From the IMG/VR virus record IMGVR_UViG_2740892271_000012: a stretch of 48,408 nt of DNA. One strand, 5' to 3'. Made by a program: the position numbers and the translations under genes. Shown one piece after another: positions 40,002 to 48,408 of this stretch. This stretch comes from a virus. Lineage: Duplodnaviria; Heunggongvirae; Uroviricota; Caudoviricetes. The notes beneath the pieces were generated by a model. The model did not search any database, was not told the origin of the DNA, and was given only the letters and a program-made list of their open reading frames with translations. The stretch's first letter is position 1. Every line of letters begins with the position of its first letter.

Positions 40002-40546
40002 AAACGGGGGCCGAAGCCATCCGGGCACTGGCCACACAGCTCCCGGCATTTCGTCAGAAACTGAGCGACGGCTGGTATCAGGTGCGCATTGCCGGGCGTG
40101 ATGCAGGCGAAAATGAATTATCTGCCCGTCTTAATGAACCGCTGGCAAATGGTGCCGTGATCCACATCGTTCCGCGTCTGGCGGGTGCCAAAAGTGGCGG
40201 TGTGTTTCAGGCGGTGCTGGGTGCGGCGCTGATTGCGGTGGCATGGTGGAACCCTGTGGGCTGGCTGGGGGCCGCGGCTGTATCGGGTATGTATGCAGCA
40301 GGGGCCAGTATGATCCTGGGTGGTGTGGCGCAGATGCTGGCACCGAAAGCCAGGACGCCCACGGCAGCCAGTACAGATAACGGCAAACAGAACACGTATT
40401 TCTCGTCACTGGATAACATGGTTGCCCAGGGTAATGTTCTGCCTGTTCTGTACGGGGAAATGCGCGTGGGGTCACGTGTGGTTTCTCAGGAGATCAGCAC
40501 GGCAGACGAAGGGGATGGTGGTCAGGTTGTGGTGATTGGTCGCTGA
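39899..40546 (+). CDS. Tail assembly protein (lambda I-like)
   Basis: ORF track 215 aa MAATHTLPLASPGMARICLYGDLQRFGRRIDLRV...DEGDGGQVVVIGR; matches lambda I by recall. Confidence 0.85.
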   Translation: MAATHTLPLASPGMARICLYGDLQRFGRRIDLRVKTGAEAIRALATQLPAFRQKLSDGWYQVRIAGRDAGENELSARLNEPLANGAVIHIVPRLAGAKSGGVFQAVLGAALIAVAWWNPVGWLGAAAVSGMYAAGASMILGGVAQMLAPKARTPTAASTDNGKQNTYFSSLDNMVAQGNVLPVLYGEMRVGSRVVSQEISTADEGDGGQVVVIGR

Positions 40547-40606
40547 TGCAAAATGTTTTATGAGAAACCGCCTGCGGGCGGTTTTGTCGTTTATGGAGCG
40601 TGAGGA

Positions 40607-43600
40607 ATGGGTAAAGGCAGCAGTAAGGGGCATACCCCGCGCGAAGCGAAGGACAACCTGAAGTCCACGCAGCTGCTGAGTGTGATCGATGCCATCAGTG
40701 AAGGGCCGGTTGAAGGTCCGGTGGATGGATTAAAAAGCGTGCTGCTGAACAGTACGCCGGTGCTGGACAATGAGGGGAATACCAACATCTCCGGCGTCAC
40801 GGTGGTGTTCCGGGCAGGTGAGCAGGAACAGACACCGCCGGAGGGATTTGAATCATCAGGTTCCGAGACGGTACTGGGTACGGAAGTGAAATATGACACG
40901 CCGATCACCCGGACCATCACGTCGGCAAACATCGACCGTCTGCGCTTTACCTTCGGTGTACAGGCACTGGTGGAAACCACCTCAAAGGGAGACAGGAATC
41001 CGTCGGAAGTCCGCCTGCTGGTTCAGATACAACGTAATGGTGGCTGGGTGACGGAAAAAGACATCACCATTAAGGGCAAAACCACCTCGCAGTATCTGGT
41101 CTCGGTGGTGGTGGATAACCTGCCTCCGCGCCCGTTCAGTATCCGGATGCGCAGGATGACACCGGACAGCACCACAGACCAGCTGCAGAACAAAACGCTC
41201 TGGTCGTCATACACCGAAATCATCGATGTGAAACAGTGCTACCCGAACACTGCACTGGTCGGCGTACAGGTGGACTCGGAGCAGTTCGGCAGCCAGCAGG
41301 TGAGTCGTAATTATCATCTTCGCGGGCGCATTCTGCAGGTGCCGTCGAACTATAACCCGCAGACGCGACAATACAGCGGTATCTGGGACGGAACGTTAAA
41401 ACCAGCATACAGCAACAACATGGCCTGGTGTCTGTGGGATATGCTGACCCACCCGCGCTACGGCATGGGGAAACGTCTTGGTGCGGCGGATGTGGACAAA
41501 TGGGCGCTGTATGTCATCGGCCAGTACTGCGACCAGTCAGTGCCGGACGGCTTTGGCGGCACGGAGCCGCGCATCACCTGTAATGCGTACCTGACCACAC
41601 AGCGCAAGGCGTGGGATGTGCTCAGTGATTTCTGCTCGGCGATGCGCTGTATGCCGGTATGGAACGGGCAGACGCTGACGTTCGTGCAGGACCGACCGTC
41701 GGATAAGGTGTGGACCTATAACCGCAGTAATGTGGTGATGCCGGATGATGGCGCGCCGTTCCGCTACAGCTTCAGCGCCCTGAAAGACCGCCATAATGCC
41801 GTTGAGGTGAACTGGATTGACCCGGATAACGGCTGGGAGACGGCGACANNNNNNNNNNNNNNNNNNNNNNNNNNNNNNNNNNNNNNNNNNNNNNNNNNNN
41901 NNNNNNNNNNNNNNNNNNNNNNNNNNNNNNNNNNNNNNNNNNNNNNNNNNNNNNNNNNNNNNNNNNNNNNNNNNNNNNNNNNNNNNNNNNNNNNNNNNNN
42001 NNNNNNNNNNNNNNNNNNNNNNNNNNNNNNNNNNNNNNNNNNNNNNNNNNNNNNNNNNNNNNNNNNNNNNNNNNNNNNNNNNNNNNNNNNNNNNNNNNNN
42101 NNNNNNNNNNNNNNNNNNNNNNNNNNNNNNNNNNNNNNNNNNNNNNNNNNNNNNNNNNNNGCTGACGCTCGACCGTGAAATCACGCTGCCATCCTCCGGT
42201 ACCATGCTGATAAGCCTGGTTGACGGAAGTGGCAATCCGGTCAGCGTGGAGGTTCAGTCCGTCACCGACGGCGTGAAGGTGAAAGTGAGCCGTGTTCCTG
42301 ACGGCGTTGCTGAATACAGCGTGTGGGGGCTGAAGCTGCCGACGTTGCGCCAGCGCCTGTTCCGCTGTGTGAGTATCCGTGAGAACGATGACGGCACGTA
42401 TGCCATCACTGCCGTGCAGCATGTACCGGAAAAAGAAGCCATCGTGGATAACGGGGCGCACTTTGACGGCGACCAGAGCGGCACGGTGAATGGTGTCACG
42501 CCGCCAGCGGTGCAGCACCTGACTGCCGAAGTCACCGCAGACAGCGGGGAATATCAGGTGCTGGCGCGCTGGGACACGCCGAAGGTGGTGAAGGGGGTGA
42601 GCTTTATGCTTCGCCTGACCGTGGCAGCGGATGACGGCAGTGAGCGGCTGGTCAGCACGGCCCGGACGACGGAAACCACATACCGCTTCACGCAACTGGC
42701 GCTGGGACGGTACACGCTGACAGTCCGGGCGGTAAATGCCTGGGGACAGCAGGGCGATCCGGCGTCGGTATCGTTCAGGATTGCCGCACCGGTAGCACCG
42801 TCGCGGATTGAGCTGACGCCGGGCTATTTTCAGATAACTGCCACGCCGCATCTTGCGGTTTATGATCCGACGGTACAGTTTGAGTTCTGGTTCTCGGAAA
42901 CGCGGATTACCGATATCAGGCAGGTTGAAACCACAGCCCGCTACCTTGGCGCGGGGCTGTACTGGATAGCCGCCAGTATCAATATCAAACCGGGCCATGA
43001 TTATTACTTTTATATCCGCAGTGTGAACACCGTTGGCAAATCGGCATTCGTGGAGGCCGTCGGTCGGGCGAGCGATGATGCGGAAGGTTACCTGGATTTT
43101 TTCAAAGGCAAGATAACCGAATCCCATCTCGGTAAAGAGCTGCTGGAAAAAGTTGATCTGACGGAGGATAACGCCAGCAGACTGGATGAGTTTTCGAAAG
43201 AGTGGAAGGACGCTAACGATAAATGGAATGCGATGTGGGGCGTCAAAATTGAGCAGACCAAAGACGGCAAACATTATGTCGCGGGTATTGGCCTCAGCAT
43301 GGAGGACACGGAGGAAGGCAAGCTGAGCCAGTTTCTGGTTGCCGCCAATCGTATCGCGTTTATTGACCCGGCAAACGGGAATGAAACGCCGATGTTTGTG
43401 GCGCAGGGCAACCAGATATTCATGAACGACGTGTTCCTGAAGCGCCTGACAGCCCCCGCCATTACCAGCGGTGGCAGTCCTCCGGTATTTTCCCTGACAT
43501 CAGACGGAAAGCTGACCGCTAAAAATGCGGATATCAGTGGTAGTGTGAATGCGAACTCAGGAACGCTCAACAATGTCACGATTAACCAGAACTGTACGAT

Positions 43601-44063
43601 TAAGGGCATGCTGGAGGCGACCCAGGTCAGAGGGGATTTCGTTAAAGCTGTATCAAAAGCCTTCCCGAAAAAAGTCGGTACGTGGGGTAACACGGAAACA
43701 CCAGACGGTACGGTTACAGTCACCATCAGCGATGATCATAACTTTGACCGCCAGATTATTATTCCGCCCATTATTTTTAACGGTATAGCGTATGACGATC
43801 CGGGGAGCGGAAATAACCCAGGAGGCACGCGATACACGGGTTATGGTTTTGAAGTTCGCAAAAACGGCGTATTAATCGCATCCAGAGAAACTAAAGGGGC
43901 CATTCCCGGTAGTTACAGTGCAGTTATTGATATGCCTAGTGGTGGTGGTAGCGTCACTCTGGAGTTTAAGATTTTCCAGAAAGGCAATCAGGGGGCAGGC
44001 AATATCACCGACTGTACGGTGATTGTGACCAAAAAAGCGGCTTCCGGCATCAGTATTCGTTGA
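40607..44063 (+). CDS. Host specificity / central tail fibre protein (lambda J-like); interrupted by 312-nt N-run
   Basis: N-terminal [34 protein letters not shown]... and C-terminal ...[16 protein letters not shown] match lambda J by recall; the middle is masked. Confidence 0.9.
41849..42160. other. N-run, 312 nt, inside the J-like gene
   Basis: Literal n characters. Confidence 1.
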
Positions 44064-44086
44064 AATATTTATAACCCCAATAAATG

Positions 44087-44110
44087 GCGTCAGGAATGAC
44101 GCCTTTTTTA
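44087..44110 (+). terminator. Rho-independent terminator after J
   Basis: Seen in sequence: ggcgtca ggaa tgacgcc tttttt. Confidence 0.45.
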
Positions 44111-44114
44111 TTGC

Positions 44115-44708
44115 NNNNNNNNNNNNNNNNNNNNNNNNNNNNNNNNNNNNNNNNNNNNNNNNNNNNNNNNNNNNNNNNNNNNNNNNNNNNNNNNNNNNNN
44201 NNNNNNNNNNNNNNNNNNNNNNNNNNNNNNNNNNNNNNNNNNNNNNNNNNNNNNNNNNNNNNNNNNNNNNNNNNNNNNNNNNNNNNNNNNNNNNNNNNNN
44301 NNNNNNNNNNNNNNNNNNNNNNNNNNNNNNNNNNNNNNNNNNNNNNNNNNNNNNNNNNNNNNNNNNNNNNNNNNNNNNNNNNNNNNNNNNNNNNNNNNNN
44401 NNNNNNNNNNNNNNNNNNNNNNNNNNNNNNNNNNNNNNNNNNNNNNNNNNNNNNNNNNNNNNNNNNNNNNNNNNNNNNNNNNNNNNNNNNNNNNNNNNNN
44501 NNNNNNNNNNNNNNNNNNNNNNNNNNNNNNNNNNNNNNNNNNNNNNNNNNNNNNNNNNNNNNNNNNNNNNNNNNNNNNNNNNNNNNNNNNNNNNNNNNNN
44601 NNNNNNNNNNNNNNNNNNNNNNNNNNNNNNNNNNNNNNNNNNNNNNNNNNNNNNNNNNNNNNNNNNNNNNNNNNNNNNNNNNNNNNNNNNNNNNNNNNNN
44701 NNNNNNNN
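44115..44708. other. N-run, 594 nt, covering most of the lom-like gene and its upstream region
   Basis: Literal n characters. Confidence 1.
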
Positions 44709-44793
44709 GGCCATTGATATTGCTTATGAAGGCTCCGGCAGTGGCGACTGGCGCACTGACGGTTTCATCGTGGGTGTCGGTTATAAATTCTGA
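44173..44793 (+). CDS. Lom-like outer membrane protein (Ail/Lom family); only the last ~85 nt are unmasked
   Basis: Visible C-terminus ...AIDIAYEGSGSGDWRTDGFIVGVGYKF with stop at 44791-44793; start coordinate is a guess from typical length because 44115-44708 is N. Confidence 0.45.
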   Translation, partial: XXXXXXXXXXXXXXXXXXXXXXXXXXXXXXXXXXXXXXXXXXXXXXXXXXXXXXXXXXXXXXXXXXXXXXXXXXXXXXXXXXXXXXXXXXXXXXXXXXXXXXXXXXXXXXXXXXXXXXXXXXXXXXXXXXXXXXXXXXXXXXXXXXXXXXXXXXXXXXXXXXXXXXXXXXXXXXXXXXXAIDIAYEGSGSGDWRTDGFIVGVGYKF

Positions 44794-44819
44794 TTAGCCA
44801 GGTAACACAGTGTTATGAC

Positions 44820-44846
44820 AGCCCGCCGGTTCAGGCGGGCTTTTTT
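44820..44846 (+). terminator. Rho-independent terminator after lom
   Basis: Seen in sequence: agcccgcc ggttca ggcgggc tttttt. Confidence 0.5.
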
Positions 44847-44857
44847 GTGGGGTGAAT

Positions 44858-47824
44858 ATGGCAGTAAAGATTTCAGGTGTACTGAAAGACGGCACAGGAA
44901 AACCGGTACAGAACTGCACAATCCAGCTGAAAGCAAAACGTAACAGCACCACGGTGGTGGTGAACACGCTGGCCTCAGAAAATCCGGATGAAGCCGGGCG
45001 TTACAGCATGGACGTTGAGTACGGTCAGTACAGCGTTATTCTGTTGGTGGAAGGATTCCCGCCGTCACATGCCGGGACCATCACTGTGTATGAAGATTCC
45101 CGACCCGGTACGCTGAATGATTTTCTCGGTGCCATGACGGAGGATGATGCCCGTCCGGAGGCTCTGCGCCGTTTTGAACTGATGGTGGAAGAGGTGGCGC
45201 GTAACGCGTCCGCGGTGGCACAGAACACGGCAGCCGCGAAGAAGTCAGCCAGTGATGCCGGCACATCTGCCCGTGAGGCGGCAACCCATGCGACTGATGC
45301 TGCAGGCTCAGCGCGTGCAGCCAGCACGTCAGCCGGACAGGCCGCGACTTCGGCTCAGGAGGCGTCTTCCAGCGCAGGAACGGCATCAACAAAGGCCACT
45401 GAAGCATCAAAAAGTGCTGCCGCTGCAGAGTCCTCAAAAAGCGCGGCGGCCACCAGTGCCGGTGCGGCGAAAACGTCAGAAACGAATGCTGCAGCGTCAC
45501 AAAAATCAGCAGCCACTTCTGCATCCACTGCGACAACGAAAGCGTCAGAAGCCGCCACTTCAGCCAGAGATGCGGCGGCCTCCAAAGAGGCGGCAAAATC
45601 ATCAGAAACGAACGCCTCCACAAGCGCCAGCAGTGCAGCCTCCTCGGCAACGGCGGCAGGAAATTCCGTGAAGGCGGCAAAAACGTCCGAGACGAATGCT
45701 AAGTCTTCTGAAACGGCAGCGGAACAGAGCGCCTCAGCTGCGGCAGACTCTGAGACAGCAGCTGCATCATNNNNNNNNNNNNNNNNNNNNNNNNNNNNNN
45801 NNNNNNNNNNNNNNNNNNNNNNNNNNNNNNNNNNNNNNNNNNNNNNNNNNNNNNNNNNNNNNNNNNNNNNNNNNNNNNNNNNNNNNNNNNNNNNNNNNNN
45901 NNNNNNNNNNNNNNNNNNNNNNNNNNNNNNNNNNNNNNNNNNNNNNNNNNNNNNNNNNNNNNNNNNNNNNNNNNNNNNNNNNNNNNNNNNNNNNNNNNNN
46001 NNNNNNNNNNNNNNNNNNNNGGCGTCATCGGCATCATCTGCGTCTGCTTCAAAAGATGAGGCGACCAGACAGGCGTCAGCAGCGAGGGGCAGCGCCACGA
46101 CGGCATCCACGAAGGCGACAGAGGCTGCTGGCAGTGCGGCAGCGGCAGCACAGAGCAAAAGTACGGCGGAATCCGCGGCAACGCGCGCCGAGACAGCAGC
46201 AAAACGGGCAGAGGATATTGCATCCGCCGTGGCGCTTGAGGATGCGAGCACGACGAAAAAGGGGATAGTACAGCTCAGCAGTGCGACCAACAGCACTTCC
46301 GAGTCACAGGCGGCAACGCCAAAAGCCGTTAAGGCCGCGTATGACCTGGCTAACGGGAAATACACCGCACAGGATGCAACGACAGCACAGAAAGGGATAG
46401 TTCAGCTCAGCAGTGCGACTAACAGCACTTCCGAGTCACAGGCGGCAACGCCAAAAGCCGTTAAGGCCGCGTATGACCTGGCTAACGGGAAATACACCGC
46501 ACAGGACGCTACGACAGCACAAAAAGGAATTGTCCAGCTCAGTAGTGCAACCAACAGCACATCTGAAACGCTTGCTGCGACACCGAAAGCAGTGAAAGCA
46601 GCTAATGACAATGCGAATGGTCGGGTACCTTCTGCCCGTAAGGTGAATGGTAAGGCGCTTTCAGCGGATATAACACTGACGCCGAAAGATATTGGTACGC
46701 TTAACTCAACAACAATGTCATTCAGCGGTGGTGCTGGTTGGTTCAAATTAGCAACGGTAACCATGCCACAGGCGAGTTCTGTTGTTTCAATTACGTTGAT
46801 TGGTGGCGCTGGATTTAACGTGGGGTCACCTCAACAGGCAGGTATATCTGAACTTGTTTTACGTGCAGGTAATGGTAATCCGAAGGGGATTACTGGTGCT
46901 TTATGGCAGCGCACATTGACAGGGTTTACAAATTTTGCCTGGGTTAATACATCTGGTGATACTTACGATATTTACGTTGCAATCGGAAATTATGCGACTG
47001 GTGTAAATATTCAATGGGATTATACCAGTAATGCCAGCGTGACGATTCATACGTCACCAGCATATTCTGCTAATAAGCCGGAAGGGTTAACGGACGGTAC
47101 AGTTTATTCACTCTATACGCCATCAGAGCAGTTTTATCCGCCTGGCGCACCAATCCCGTGGCCATCAGATACCGTTCCGTCTGGCTATGCCCTGATGCAG
47201 GGGCAGGCTTTTGACAAATCTGCATACCCGAAACTTGCAGCGGCTTATCCGTCAGGCGTGATCCCTGATATGCGTGGCTGGACGATTAAGGGCAAACCTG
47301 CCAGTGGTCGGGCCGTATTGTCTCAGGAACAGGACGGCATTAAATCGCATACCCACAGCGCCAGCGCATCCAGTACGGATTTGGGGACGAAAACCACATC
47401 GTCGTTTGATTACGGCACTAAATCCACGAATAACACTGGTGCGCATACCCATAGTTTAAGTGGCAGCACGAATGCAGCTGGTAATCACAGCCATAGAGAT
47501 GGCCGTCGATTTAACCCCAGTGTTTTTAAAGATACTTATCAATATGGTTATACAAGCTCAGGTCAAAATACCTGGGGTGTACAAGGCTCAGTAGGTATGT
47601 CTACGGGGTGGTTAGCGAATACCAGTACAGATGGTAATCATAGCCACTCACTGTCCGGCACAGCAGCATCTGCAGGTGCACACGCGCATACTGTCGGTAT
47701 TGGTGCTCATACGCACTCCGTTGCGATTGGTTCACATGGACACACCATCACCGTTAACGCTGCTGGTAACGCGGAAAACACCGTCAAAAACATCGCATTT
47801 AACTATATTGTGAGGCTTGCATAA
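44858..47824 (+). CDS. stfR: Side tail fibre protein (Stf-like); interrupted by 250-nt N-run
   Basis: ATG at 44858 gives [26 protein letters not shown]... (lambda Stf-like N-terminus); long Ala/Ser/Thr-rich repeats; tandem 44-aa repeats; His-rich C-terminal tip. Confidence 0.85.
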   Translation: MAVKISGVLKDGTGKPVQNCTIQLKAKRNSTTVVVNTLASENPDEAGRYSMDVEYGQYSVILLVEGFPPSHAGTITVYEDSRPGTLNDFLGAMTEDDARPEALRRFELMVEEVARNASAVAQNTAAAKKSASDAGTSAREAATHATDAAGSARAASTSAGQAATSAQEASSSAGTASTKATEASKSAAAAESSKSAAATSAGAAKTSETNAAASQKSAATSASTATTKASEAATSARDAAASKEAAKSSETNASTSASSAASSATAAGNSVKAAKTSETNAKSSETAAEQSASAAADSETAAASXXXXXXXXXXXXXXXXXXXXXXXXXXXXXXXXXXXXXXXXXXXXXXXXXXXXXXXXXXXXXXXXXXXXXXXXXXXXXXXXXXXXASSASSASASKDEATRQASAARGSATTASTKATEAAGSAAAAAQSKSTAESAATRAETAAKRAEDIASAVALEDASTTKKGIVQLSSATNSTSESQAATPKAVKAAYDLANGKYTAQDATTAQKGIVQLSSATNSTSESQAATPKAVKAAYDLANGKYTAQDATTAQKGIVQLSSATNSTSETLAATPKAVKAANDNANGRVPSARKVNGKALSADITLTPKDIGTLNSTTMSFSGGAGWFKLATVTMPQASSVVSITLIGGAGFNVGSPQQAGISELVLRAGNGNPKGITGALWQRTLTGFTNFAWVNTSGDTYDIYVAIGNYATGVNIQWDYTSNASVTIHTSPAYSANKPEGLTDGTVYSLYTPSEQFYPPGAPIPWPSDTVPSGYALMQGQAFDKSAYPKLAAAYPSGVIPDMRGWTIKGKPASGRAVLSQEQDGIKSHTHSASASSTDLGTKTTSSFDYGTKSTNNTGAHTHSLSGSTNAAGNHSHRDGRRFNPSVFKDTYQYGYTSSGQNTWGVQGSVGMSTGWLANTSTDGNHSHSLSGTAASAGAHAHTVGIGAHTHSVAIGSHGHTITVNAAGNAENTVKNIAFNYIVRLA
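45771..46020. other. N-run, 250 nt, inside stf
   Basis: Literal n characters. Confidence 1.
46256..46650 (+). repeat. Tandem ~132-bp repeats inside stf (two near-identical copies plus one diverged copy)
   Basis: Seen in sequence: gggatagtacagctcagcagtgcgaccaacagcacttccgagtcacaggcggcaacgccaaaagccgttaaggccgcgtatgacctggctaacgggaaatacaccgcacagga recurs from 46262 and 46394 with a few substitutions; third copy from about 46526. Confidence 0.6.
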
Positions 47825-48408
47825 TGGCATTCAGAATGAGTGAACAACCACGGACCATAAAAATTTATAATCTGCTGGCCGGAACTAATGAATTTATTGG
47901 TGAAGGTGATGCATATATTCCGCCTCATACAGGTCTGCCAGCAAACAGTACCGATATTGCACCGCCAGATATTCCGGCTGGCTTCGTGGCTGTTTTCAAC
48001 AGTGATGAGTCATCGTGGCATCTCGTTGAAGATCATCGGGGTAAAACGGTTTATGACGTGGCTTCCGGCGACGCGTTATTTATTTCTGAACTCGGTCCGT
48101 TACCGGAAAATGTTACCTGGTTATCGCCGGAAGGGGAGTTTCAGAAGTGGAACGGCACAGCCTGGGTGAAGGATACGGAAGCAGAAAAACTGTTCCGGAT
48201 CCGGGAGGCGGAAGAAACAAAAAACAACCTGATGCAGGTAGCCAGTGAGCATATTGCGCCGCTTCAGGATGCTGCAGATCTGGAAATTGCAACGGAGGAA
48301 GAAATCTCGTTGCTGGAAGCATGGAAAAAGTATCGGGTATTGCTGAACCGTGTTGATACGTCAACTGCACCTGATATTGAGTGGCCTACGAACCCTGTCA
48401 GGGAGTAA
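47824..48408 (+). CDS. tfaR: Tail fibre assembly protein (Tfa-like)
   Basis: ORF track 194 aa [45 protein letters not shown]...; start overlaps stf stop; stop codon at window end. Confidence 0.85.
   Translation: MAFRMSEQPRTIKIYNLLAGTNEFIGEGDAYIPPHTGLPANSTDIAPPDIPAGFVAVFNSDESSWHLVEDHRGKTVYDVASGDALFISELGPLPENVTWLSPEGEFQKWNGTAWVKDTEAEKLFRIREAEETKNNLMQVASEHIAPLQDAADLEIATEEEISLLEAWKKYRVLLNRVDTSTAPDIEWPTNPVRE

Larger units (their letters stand above)
1..48408. mobile_element. Rac-like lambdoid prophage (integrase to tail fibre assembly; left attachment site lies outside the window)
   Basis: Contiguous lambdoid gene order int-xis-recET-kil-sieB-repressor-cro-like-replication-Q-lysis-terminase-head-tail-J-lom-stf-tfa; many products recognisable as Rac, lambda or phage 21 homologues by recall. 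Confidence 0.85.

Noticed and set aside
41537-43274. Long minus-strand ORFs (232-500 aa) inside the J gene
   Set aside because: Antisense to a near-certain lambda J homologue; they span the N-run and have GC-rich shadow-frame composition
45025-46764. Multiple ORFs in other frames and on the minus strand inside stf (Pro/Arg/Ala-rich)
   Set aside because: Produced by the repetitive GCN-rich coding sequence of the Ala/Ser/Thr repeats; no independent support
1-48408. CRISPR arrays, rRNA genes, IS elements or transposase genes
   Set aside because: No short direct repeats with unique spacers, no rRNA-like sequence and no transposase-like ORF were seen in the unmasked sequence; N-runs could hide an insertion

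Overview
The window reads as one nearly complete Rac-like lambdoid prophage of an Escherichia-type host, running from the integrase (left) to the tail fibre assembly gene (right). All identifications rest on reading the supplied six-frame translations and raw sequence and on recalled similarity to E. coli K-12 Rac, lambda, phage 21 and DLP12 proteins; no database search, alignment or GC computation was run, so names are homology calls by recollection and coordinates of starts are approximate. Layout: (1) 1-5400, minus strand: integrase, excisionase-like YdaQ, YdaC, RalR, RecT, RecE. (2) 5400-8250: RacC, YdaE, KilR, SieB, YdaF, YdaG and the RacR repressor with operator-like repeats. (3) 8250-11760: rightward early operon YdaS, YdaT, YdaU (replication initiator with an internal ori-like iteron cluster), DnaC-like YdaV and two hypotheticals. 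(4) 11800-15700: a visibly AT-rich cargo island. It carries a two-gene operon (a protein with an RNHLVH HEPN-type motif plus a protein with a GNAT-like C-terminus), a Cys-rich small ORF, a YeaR-like DUF1971 gene and a long AT-rich spacer. This operon is my best candidate for an undescribed defence or toxin module. (5) 15700-17140: YbcN-like, YbcO-like and a Q-like antiterminator. (6) 17140-19310: the Q-S moron site holds two lipoproteins whose C-termini closely resemble TolA domain III. (7) 19400-20580: phage 21-type pinholin, SAR endolysin, Rz and Rz1. (8) 20700-22170: TrkG. (9) 22300-31200: ParB-like nuclease, a GT-A-like protein, terminase small and large subunits, portal, MuF-like head protein, scaffold and capsid. 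(10) 31200-48408: tail module with a -1 frameshift tail chaperone, tape measure and lambda-like M, L, K, I, J, Lom, Stf, Tfa. Five N-runs (19806-20134, 39420-39483, 41849-42160, 44115-44708, 45771-46020) interrupt the endolysin/Rz junction, K, J, lom and stf, so those calls are partly inferred. No rRNA, tRNA, CRISPR array or IS element was recognised.
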